Shown: piece after piece, positions 56,778-64,000 of the stretch
How the letters are laid out: each line of letters starts with the position of its first letter
Position numbering within the stretch: the stretch's first letter is position 1
Origin: Candidatus Microgenomates bacterium
GTDB taxonomy: Bacteria; Patescibacteriota; Microgenomatia; UBA8517; JACQJR01
Assembly: GCA_016204995.1 (NCBI GenBank)
Contig: JACQJR010000001.1
Span: 473,666-537,665 of the forward strand
Reading direction: 5' to 3'
Length of the DNA: 64,000 bases
Program-made: the position numbers and the translations under genes
Notes under the pieces: model-generated
Told to the model about the DNA's origin: nothing
The model's database searches: none
What the model saw: the letters and a program-made list of their open reading frames with translations, nothing else

Positions 56778-58426
56778 GAAGACTTATTTTTTTGGCAGTC
56801 ATGATGATTTCCTTGGTGGTAGTGACTCCAGCTTACGGTCAAAGTACTGCAAATAACCCAGAAGAAATTGCCCAGAAATATAATGTTACCTTTCCCATTG
56901 CTGATTTGGGAGGATGTACAGATTATGCCTCATGCAGGACTTTTTGCGAAGATCCGGTCAATGCCGCCAGCTGTATAAATTACGCCAAGTCAAAAGGTTT
57001 TTATAAAGAAGACGTCATTGAAACCAAAAAAGAAGTAGTTTTGCGGGCTGCCAGGCAAACACTAGGCTGTGATTCCCAGGAGTCATGCGTGAGTTTTTGT
57101 TCTTTGGCAGAAAATCACGACAAATGCGACGCTTTTGCCAAAAGACAAGGATTGGCTGGCGGACGGGTAGAGGATCCCAGTAAAACCCAAGTAATTGCTA
57201 AAGCTAAGGAAATTCTGGGTTGCGATTCTGCTGTTGGTTGCCAATCTCTTTGTTCTCAAGAGGAAAACAGACAGAAGTGTTCAGATTTTGCCAGACAAGT
57301 GGGTTTGCGGGGCGGCGAGCGACAGGTTGGCCCGGGAGGATGTAATAGCGAAGAATCCTGTCGGTCCTATTGTAGCGATCATGAAGATGAGTGTCGGGGA
57401 GTGGGGGGCCCTGGCGGCTCTCCGCCGCCTGGTTATAATCCGCAGGAAATGTGCAGTAGAACTCCCAATTGCCGCTGGGAAAATGATACTTGCCAATGCA
57501 GTTCTTACGGGAGGCCAGAGGATGCCGCCAAAAGAGCGGAAGAATACGCCAAGTTCTGTCGGGAGAATCCTGATAAGTGTAGACCGGGCCAACCAGGGGA
57601 TTTTAGAAATGAGAAGGAACGGAACAGCTTTGAAGATTATTGCCGCCAAAATCCTGAAAGATGTATCTATCAGGGTACAGCTTCCTGTTCAGGACCAAGC
57701 GGCGGATGTGGCTCGGGATACAGTTGGGATAAAGGGACTTGTACTTGTAAACCATCGTCTGGCTGTCCGGCGGGTACTTCCTGGAATGGTTCATATTGCA
57801 TGAAAGATTCTGGCCCTTCTGGCGGAGGTTGCTCTCCGCCTGCTGGAGGATGCGGCAGCGGTTGGTTTGACAATAGTTCCTGTTCTTGTAAACCGGCTTC
57901 AGCAGAAGGTTGTTACAATGTGTCGGCCTCCAGTTGCGGCAGCGGATTTACTTGGGATGCCTCTGCCTGCACTTGTCGCTCTAATACGCCTAGCGGTGGC
58001 GGAGGTAGTTGCGGTTCCGGTACCTACTGGACCGGCTCTTATTGTAAAGAATATTCTGAAGGTTCAACGCCGGCCGGCGGAGGTGGTTACACCAATACTC
58101 AAACCCAATATGAAGATCCGGCTACTGCTTGCGCGAGAGGTACTAACTGTACTTGGACCGGCAGCAGTTGTAATTGCACTCCTTCCGGCGGCTCATCGGG
58201 ATCCAGCACTCCTGCTCCTGAACAGCCGCAGCAATCCACTCCTCAGCCGGAGCAACCCGCCCCCCAACCTGTTCCAGATTCCGGTTCTTCCGGCGGCTCA
58301 TCAGGCGGTAGTTGCCCGGAGGGTTCTTACATGAAAGACGGAGCTTGTGTGTCAGGAGTTCAGGGAGTCAGTACTGTCAGGGGCATCTTTAAACAACTGT
58401 TAGATCTTTTCAGTGTTTGGTTTTAA
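56774..58426 (+). CDS. Cys-rich secreted/surface repeat protein
   Basis: Signal peptide; C-x5-C-x3-C repeats, then W(D/N/T)xxxC repeats. Confidence 0.82.
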   Translation: MRRLIFLAVMMISLVVVTPAYGQSTANNPEEIAQKYNVTFPIADLGGCTDYASCRTFCEDPVNAASCINYAKSKGFYKEDVIETKKEVVLRAARQTLGCDSQESCVSFCSLAENHDKCDAFAKRQGLAGGRVEDPSKTQVIAKAKEILGCDSAVGCQSLCSQEENRQKCSDFARQVGLRGGERQVGPGGCNSEESCRSYCSDHEDECRGVGGPGGSPPPGYNPQEMCSRTPNCRWENDTCQCSSYGRPEDAAKRAEEYAKFCRENPDKCRPGQPGDFRNEKERNSFEDYCRQNPERCIYQGTASCSGPSGGCGSGYSWDKGTCTCKPSSGCPAGTSWNGSYCMKDSGPSGGGCSPPAGGCGSGWFDNSSCSCKPASAEGCYNVSASSCGSGFTWDASACTCRSNTPSGGGGSCGSGTYWTGSYCKEYSEGSTPAGGGGYTNTQTQYEDPATACARGTNCTWTGSSCNCTPSGGSSGSSTPAPEQPQQSTPQPEQPAPQPVPDSGSSGGSSGGSCPEGSYMKDGACVSGVQGVSTVRGIFKQLLDLFSVWF

Positions 58427-58440
58427 AAGGAGGTGAGAGA

Positions 58441-58650
58441 ATGATGAAAATGTTGCACATAGCCGCCTATACGCTGTTATGGGTAGGTGGTTTGAATTGG
58501 TTACTGGTGGCTTTTAATTTTAATTTAGTGGAAACCCTATTGGGAACAGGTTCCATGTTAACCAACGTAGTTTATATTTTAGTAGGTTTGTCTACAGTTT
58601 ATATTATTGCGGCCCATAAGAGTGATTGTAAGGTATGTGGGAGTAAATGA
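58441..58650 (+). CDS. DUF378 family membrane protein
   Basis: VGGLNWLL...NLVE...VYILVGLS; strong SD. Confidence 0.88.
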   Translation: MMKMLHIAAYTLLWVGGLNWLLVAFNFNLVETLLGTGSMLTNVVYILVGLSTVYIIAAHKSDCKVCGSK

Positions 58651-58702
58651 TTAAAAGTAGTACAAAAATGCTTATCAGATAGAAGCTGGAGTTGGATGAT
58701 GG

Positions 58703-59083
58703 TTATATCTTTTTGGTGTAGGAAATTGATCCGCCGTTTTTGAGGGTGAAATCTACATTTAGTTTGATATTTTTTACCCCTTTATGATAAACACAAACTT
58801 TCTTGGAGCAGGTGCCTAAAAGCAGAGTGCGGGCGAGAGTCGCGCCTTTGGGTTTAACGGTGCCGCTGACACCTTGGGCGCCTTTGGTGGAATCATAAGT
58901 TAAAGTGTATTTAAACGATTTGACGTTTGTTAAATTGGCAAAGTTGATGATGACCGATAATTTATTCTTAGATAAAGTAATGCCCGCGGAGGGATTTTTG
59001 CCGACCTTTTTAGGAGCAGCTTGTATAGGAACCGCCAGTCCCAGAAAAAGTAATAGTCCCAACACAAAAACAATTTTCTTCAT
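58703..59083 (-). CDS. Secreted hypothetical protein
   Basis: Signal peptide; LLGTCSKKVCVYH. Confidence 0.78.
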   Translation of the reverse strand: MKKIVFVLGLLLFLGLAVPIQAAPKKVGKNPSAGITLSKNKLSVIINFANLTNVKSFKYTLTYDSTKGAQGVSGTVKPKGATLARTLLLGTCSKKVCVYHKGVKNIKLNVDFTLKNGGSISYTKKI

Positions 59084-59225
59084 TATTTAAACTTTCTTAA
59101 GTCAAGCTTTGCTTATAATAGCATATTCTTGACTTCGATTAAATCGGTCCCGATTTAATCGGGATCGGGGTTGACAAAGGGAAAAGATAATAACTAAACT
59201 GAAATACAAGGAGGTGATGGAGTAA

Positions 59226-59432
59226 ATGGCAAAGAAAAAAGCGACAACAAAGGCCTGGCACGAGCAATGGAAAGAGTACGCTCATTGGTTAATTGCAGGC
59301 AGCATTTTAGCAGTCATTTTAGCTAGTGTTGGCTATATGGGTGTTGATATTTGGTTGGCTTCTACTCAATGGCTCTTGGTAGCGGCAGTGTTGGCGGCTC
59401 TGGGCGTCTACGCGAAACTGGAATCAAAGTAA
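59226..59432 (+). CDS. Small 2-TM protein
   Basis: AAGGAGGTG SD; TTGACA upstream. Confidence 0.72.
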   Translation: MAKKKATTKAWHEQWKEYAHWLIAGSILAVILASVGYMGVDIWLASTQWLLVAAVLAALGVYAKLESK

Positions 59433-59525
59433 GTGACGGCTACGTTCATGTAAACTGAACGTAGCGGGTATTCTGCGGTCATTATGCGGTATTTTTTGCT
59501 TCTTGTACTGTGTTAAACTAACTTC

Positions 59526-60248
59526 ATGCTTGATATCAGTTTGCCGGTGGCTTTTGTGGCCGGAGTTGCTTCGGTTTTTGCCCCCTGCGTAGTGCCTTTG
59601 CTGCCGGTTTATGTGGCTTATGTGACCGGCATAACGCTGACTGATTTAAAAAAGCATAATGATGCCATTTACCAGCGCAGACTTCTTTTAGCCTCCCTTT
59701 TTTACGTGTTGGGATTTTCTCTAATTTTTATAATGTTGGGTCTGGCCGCGGCCGGCATCGGGGGATGGCTGCGTCATTATCAGTCAATTTTACAGATCAT
59801 TGGCGGCATCTTAATTACTATCTTTGGTTTAGAACTGGCCGGGATTATCAATTTGCCGCTTTTGGCTCGGGGCAAAATGCTAATTTTGCCAGCCTGGACT
59901 GCGCGACTTGGTTACGGGCGACCACTGCTGATTGGTATGCTTTTTGCTCTGGTCTGGGCTCCTTGTGTGGGAGTGATATTGGGGGCCATTTTGACTATCG
60001 CAGCCGTTCAGGGCCAAGCGTTTCTGGGAGTGCAGCTATTATTTGTTTACTCACTGGGCATCTCTCTTCCCTTTATCCTTATTTCCTTAACCTTAGGCCA
60101 TTTACATAAGTATTGGAGTTTTGTGAGTCAAAGTAGCATCATCCTATCCCGTGCCAGTGGTTTTTTATTGCTGATGATAGGAGTATTATTAATGACTAAC
60201 ACTTACAAATATGTCAATAATTGGATTTTTGCCTTATTATTAAAATAA
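59526..60248 (+). CDS. ccdA: Cytochrome c biogenesis / disulfide transporter CcdA
   Basis: APCVVPLLP and WAPCVG Cys pair. Confidence 0.92.
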   Translation: MLDISLPVAFVAGVASVFAPCVVPLLPVYVAYVTGITLTDLKKHNDAIYQRRLLLASLFYVLGFSLIFIMLGLAAAGIGGWLRHYQSILQIIGGILITIFGLELAGIINLPLLARGKMLILPAWTARLGYGRPLLIGMLFALVWAPCVGVILGAILTIAAVQGQAFLGVQLLFVYSLGISLPFILISLTLGHLHKYWSFVSQSSIILSRASGFLLLMIGVLLMTNTYKYVNNWIFALLLK

Positions 60249-60253
60249 GGTAT

Positions 60254-60361
60254 ATGAAAAAGAGTCAGCAGGAATTATTATTTAGGATAGGAGTGGTGAT
60301 TACAATCGGAAGTGTTGCTTTATTAATTTTTTGGTGGGGAGGAAGACTGGCCGGGTTCTAA
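60254..60361 (+). CDS. Small single-TM peptide (absent from ORF track)
   Basis: MKKSQQELLFRIGVVITIGSVALLIFWWGGRLAGF* fills the gap between ccdA and the cupredoxin gene. Confidence 0.45.
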   Translation: MKKSQQELLFRIGVVITIGSVALLIFWWGGRLAGF

Positions 60362-60379
60362 ATATGTTAAAATATTTTA

Positions 60380-60808
60380 ATGAGTAAAAATTCCTTGATC
60401 ATTTTTGGTGTTTTAGTGGCGCTGGCTTTAGGAGCTTTAGTTTTTGTGATGCTGGCTCCTAGTAAGAATATTCCTGGGCCAACTGCGACTATGACACCTG
60501 TTGTAAATCCTGCTGCTCCTCAAGCCGGTGCGGTACAAGAAATAGAAGTAAGTGGTAGTGAATATAAATTTACTCCTCGCACCTTAGTCTTTACCAAAGG
60601 CGAGAAGGTGAAATTAACTTTTAAAAACATGGGCAAAATGCCGCATAATTTAATGATTCCCGAACTTAATGTAGCGACTGACACCATTGCCGGCGGTGAG
60701 ACCACTACTGTGGAATTTACTCCGGGAGAGAGCGGTAGCTTTGCCATGTTTTGCAGCGTGGGCAATCATCGGGCCCTAGGCATGGAAGGAATGATGGAGG
60801 TAAAGTAA
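60380..60808 (+). CDS. Cupredoxin-domain protein
   Basis: PHN...FCSVGNHRALGM type-1 copper ligands. Confidence 0.9.
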   Translation: MSKNSLIIFGVLVALALGALVFVMLAPSKNIPGPTATMTPVVNPAAPQAGAVQEIEVSGSEYKFTPRTLVFTKGEKVKLTFKNMGKMPHNLMIPELNVATDTIAGGETTTVEFTPGESGSFAMFCSVGNHRALGMEGMMEVK

Positions 60809-61063
60809 ATGCGGGTTAAAATTTATTCCACAGTAACTTGTCCTTATTGCAAAATGCTTAAGGACTATCTAACTGAAAAAAAGATTACCTTTGAAAATGT
60901 GTTTGTGGATCAGGACGAAAAGGGTAAGGAAGAAATGATGCAGGCTTCAGGCGGATTTTTAGGGGTACCATTTACGGTGATAACTAAGGGTGATGGGATC
61001 AAAGAAACAGTATTAGGATTTGACAAGAATAAGATTAATGACGTACTCGGAATAACCGGATAA
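60809..61063 (+). CDS. Glutaredoxin (NrdH-like)
   Basis: CPYC, GVP, GFD. Confidence 0.92.
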   Translation: MRVKIYSTVTCPYCKMLKDYLTEKKITFENVFVDQDEKGKEEMMQASGGFLGVPFTVITKGDGIKETVLGFDKNKINDVLGITG

Positions 61064-61083
61064 TCGGCGAACTCTGATTTAGG

Positions 61084-61752
61084 ATGATTTTTGTTAACTT
61101 TAAAACTTATCAGGAAGCGACCGGAACTCGGGCGGTGGAACTGGTGCGGATTTTATCACTTTGTCAGTCGCAAACGAAAATTCCTATTATTCCGGTAGTG
61201 CAAGCGATGGATATCCGTTCTTCGATGATTGCCACAGACTACAATATTTGGGCCCAACATATAGATGGGGTAGAGCAAGGCCAAACTACCGGTTGGATAA
61301 CAGCTCCGGCCGTGAGTCAAGCTGGAGCCGTCGGCACTTTTTTAAATCACAGTGAACATAAATTGCTAGATAAAGAATTAACAGCTGCTTTTGCCCAAGC
61401 AGCAGCCATGGCCTTAGATACTTTAATTTTTGCCGCCGATATTCCCGAATTAAAAAAAGTTATGAAGCTGGCACCTACTTATATGGCTTACGAGCCGCCG
61501 GAGTTAATTGCTGCCAAAGATACTTCAGTTTCTCGCGCCAAGCCACAAGTAATTGCCGAAGCAGTTAAAATTGCCCAAGCAGCCAATATTCCCTTAATTG
61601 TAGGGGCAGGAGTTAAAACGGCCGCTGATGTTAAAAAAAGTTTGGAATTGGGTGCAGCTGGAGTTGCCGTGTCGTCAGCAGTAGTACTGGCCGATGATCC
61701 TAAAAAAGCTATTTTGGAACTGGCGAAAGGATTTAAGCCAAGCTTGGCTTAG
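61084..61752 (+). CDS. tpiA: Triosephosphate isomerase, short archaeal type
   Basis: VNFKTY, AQHID, NHSE, AYEPPELI; 222 aa. Confidence 0.93.
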   Translation: MIFVNFKTYQEATGTRAVELVRILSLCQSQTKIPIIPVVQAMDIRSSMIATDYNIWAQHIDGVEQGQTTGWITAPAVSQAGAVGTFLNHSEHKLLDKELTAAFAQAAAMALDTLIFAADIPELKKVMKLAPTYMAYEPPELIAAKDTSVSRAKPQVIAEAVKIAQAANIPLIVGAGVKTAADVKKSLELGAAGVAVSSAVVLADDPKKAILELAKGFKPSLA

Positions 61753-61764
61753 GAAAGCTAAAAA

Positions 61765-62217
61765 ATGACAGAAATTTATATTGGGGCTGATCATGGAGGT
61801 TACGAATTAAAGGAAGAGCTCAAGAAATATTTGAGTGAGTTGGGGTATCAAGTGGAGGATGTGGGAAATCATCAAGTAGATCCGCAAGATGATTATCCGG
61901 ATTTTATTATTCCGGTAGCTCAAAAAGTGGTGGAAAATTCCGATAGTTTAGGAATAGTTTTAGGCAGATCAGGCAATGGCGAGCAAATCGCCGCCAATAA
62001 AATTAAAGGTATTCGGGCGGCGCTATGTTTAAGCGAAAAAATGGCCGAACTAGCCCGGACTCATAATGATGCTAACGTGTTGTCGTTAGGAGGAGATTTT
62101 GTCAGTGTAGACGAAGCCAAAAAAATTGTTAAAACCTTCCTGGAAACCCCCTTTTCCCAAGAGGAACGGCACAGCCGCAGGATAGATAAAATTAAAGTTT
62201 ACGAGAATCAGCCTTAG
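61765..62217 (+). CDS. rpiB: Ribose-5-phosphate isomerase B
   Basis: GADHGG, DDYPD, GSGNG-like motif, HNDANVL, RHSRR. Confidence 0.95.
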   Translation: MTEIYIGADHGGYELKEELKKYLSELGYQVEDVGNHQVDPQDDYPDFIIPVAQKVVENSDSLGIVLGRSGNGEQIAANKIKGIRAALCLSEKMAELARTHNDANVLSLGGDFVSVDEAKKIVKTFLETPFSQEERHSRRIDKIKVYENQP

Positions 62218-62293
62218 CTTCTACCTATAATCCTATAGTTTTGATTTGTAGTATTTTAATGGTATAATTAGCCATCCTGAATGGGGTCAGCTT

Positions 62294-63103
62294 ATGAAGA
62301 AGCGCCCAAAGAAAGGGGACAGCCGTGGCAAACGCCCGGGGACAACCTCGGTGGATCGCAGACTGGTAGAGCATACAGTTCAGGCGGTTCCAGGAGACGT
62401 TAGGGAGGAGGTTATCAAAGGCCATCTCAATAACAAAGCACGTTCACATAATTTAATAAGGGAACTTTTAGGGACAGACCCGACGAAGGTTAACCTAGAG
62501 CTTTTCGCTCAAGCTCTGAAAGGCACAAATATTCCTGTAGCAATACGGGAATTTGCCTCGTCAGATATGCTGGAGCAGGTTAAGGCTTTAGGAGGTCAAT
62601 TCGGCGAAGCGTGGATGACCGAAGTACCAGGCGGGGAAACATTTGACCAGCAAAGAGACAGGGTGATAAAATTCTGGTCGTCATGGCACTGGGAGAAAAA
62701 AGAGAAGGTCAGACTGACAATTGAACCCAGTATTGCCTCACAGGTTATCTATTTTCCCAATCTTATTGAAGGCAGTTTAGGCTGTACTTACGACAAGATT
62801 GATGAAGAAGGGAAACTCTGTGCCGACGAAATACGCGACTCATTACCTCATGTGGCAGGACTCCGTTGGATAGTTGGTAATCCACCGACTGTTACCAGAG
62901 TTCTGGCCAATCACTTGCAGGAGACAGGCGAGTATTTATTGCCAAACATTTACACCTGGACGAATGGCAAGTGCCAGCCACAATACGGTCTCCGCCAGTT
63001 GGTCGTTGGTGGCTTCCATGGCGGTGGTGTCGGTGTCGGCAGCCTGCGGTCTGGTCACTGGGATGACGTTGTCGGTCTGTTTGTCTTGGGAGTTCCTGAT
63101 TAG
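62294..63103 (+). CDS. Hypothetical protein with DGR variable-region-like C-terminus
   Basis: Ends YTWT...VVGGFHGGGVGVGSLRSGHWDDVVGLFVL. Confidence 0.7.
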   Translation: MKKRPKKGDSRGKRPGTTSVDRRLVEHTVQAVPGDVREEVIKGHLNNKARSHNLIRELLGTDPTKVNLELFAQALKGTNIPVAIREFASSDMLEQVKALGGQFGEAWMTEVPGGETFDQQRDRVIKFWSSWHWEKKEKVRLTIEPSIASQVIYFPNLIEGSLGCTYDKIDEEGKLCADEIRDSLPHVAGLRWIVGNPPTVTRVLANHLQETGEYLLPNIYTWTNGKCQPQYGLRQLVVGGFHGGGVGVGSLRSGHWDDVVGLFVLGVPD

Positions 63104-63168
63104 AACGTTAGTTTTGGGTTCTTTGGCCTTTGGCTTGGTCATTGGAGCTTGACACAACGTCATGATTT

Positions 63169-63222
63169 GGGGCCGCGGTAGTGGTGAATTAAAAAATCAT
63201 CAACTACTTGCGGCCCCTTTTT
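63169..63222 (+). terminator. GC-rich hairpin followed by a T-tract
   Basis: GGGGCCGCGGTAGT...ACTACTTGCGGCCCC-TTTTT. Confidence 0.65.
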
Positions 63223-63260
63223 CTTGGTTGGAAGTGCTAAAATACAATTAGATATTTGTC

Positions 63261-64000
63261 ATGAAACTGCCTAAACTTCAAGATTTAAAGGTCGGGGGTA
63301 AGATAGTTTTGGTACGGGTGGATTTGGATATGCCACTAGTGGATGTGGAAAACAAACAAGATAGGACCCATGAGTTCAAGGTTTTAGATGATAGTAGATT
63401 AAGAACAGCAATTCCTACGATTAAACTTCTTTTAGATAAAGGCGCAGAACATGTTCTGATAATGGGGCATATCGGCAAATTAAAAGTTTCCAGCTTCTGT
63501 TTATATCCAGTTTTAAATAAACTTTTAGGAGAGAGAATGTCTTTTTGGGGAGAGGAGACAATAAATTCTGGTAAACGATTTAAGGCTGATCCAACAGAAG
63601 ATGGAAGAGTTCATCTAATGGAAAACCTTAGATTATTTGAGGGTGAAGAAGAAAATGATCCAGTCTTTGCCAAAAAGCTAGCGTCTTTGGGCGATATCTA
63701 TATTAATGAATCATTTGCTGATTCACATCGGGCGCATGCTTCAATCGTTGGATTACCTAAATTATTACCCCATGCTGCTGGTCTTCATTTAATGGAAGAG
63801 ATAGAAAATTTAAGTAAAGTTTTAGAAAAACCTAAGTCTCCTGTGGTATTTATTATCGGTGGAGCCAAGAGCGATAAAGTGCAATATATAGATAAGCTGC
63901 TTGATCGGGTAGATTGGGTGTTAGTGGGAGGATTATTACCACGGATGGTGGAATCCTATTGCCGGGATGATAACAAAATCTGTGTCATAGCTGCTAAATT
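63261..64000 (+). CDS. pgk: Phosphoglycerate kinase (3' end runs off the window)
   Basis: Manual translation: VLVRVDLDMP...DDSRL...ENLRLF...HRAHAS...IGGAK. Confidence 0.95.
   Translation, partial: MKLPKLQDLKVGGKIVLVRVDLDMPLVDVENKQDRTHEFKVLDDSRLRTAIPTIKLLLDKGAEHVLIMGHIGKLKVSSFCLYPVLNKLLGERMSFWGEETINSGKRFKADPTEDGRVHLMENLRLFEGEEENDPVFAKKLASLGDIYINESFADSHRAHASIVGLPKLLPHAAGLHLMEEIENLSKVLEKPKSPVVFIIGGAKSDKVQYIDKLLDRVDWVLVGGLLPRMVESYCRDDNKICVIAAK

Noticed and set aside
1-64000. Alternative genetic code (UGA=Gly) as in Gracilibacteria/Absconditabacteria
   Set aside because: Conserved genes are full length under the standard code, and smpB and rpoD end at TGA at the expected positions.

Overview
Origin-of-replication region of a small AT-rich bacterial genome, most likely Patescibacteria/CPR (Microgenomates-like). 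This is inferred from gene content: archaeal-type TPI, tRNA-Arg(GCG), the PrgI/VirB4/pilin cluster and few Shine-Dalgarno sites. Order: yidC-yidD-rnpA-rpmH | dnaA-oriC-dnaN; a ~20 kb T4SS-like locus (M23 peptidase, VirB4, PrgI, VirB6-like, lysozyme-like protein, eight TrbC/VirB2-like pilins, SpoIID); smpB-tmRNA followed by an inverted-repeat-bounded MunI-type restriction-modification cassette; a tRNA-rich variable region (four Ser and two Arg tRNAs, TA pairs, NUDIX genes); dnaG-rpoD; a three-gene citryl-CoA synthetase/lyase; tRNA-Asn, FKBP, DEAD-box helicase, typA, P-type ATPase, GT39s, a Cys-rich surface protein, ccdA, tpiA, rpiB and pgk. Main unexplained signals: (1) quasi-palindromic intergenic elements with 7-nt periodicity that occur either empty or wrapped around a four-helix-bundle (TIGR02436/IVP-like) gene, concentrated in the pilin/T4SS locus; (2) several families of ~20-bp hairpins and periodic tracts inside coding sequences; (3) an apparent remote DGR target gene with no reverse transcriptase in the window. 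Coordinates were counted by hand, and family calls come from motif recognition, not database searches.
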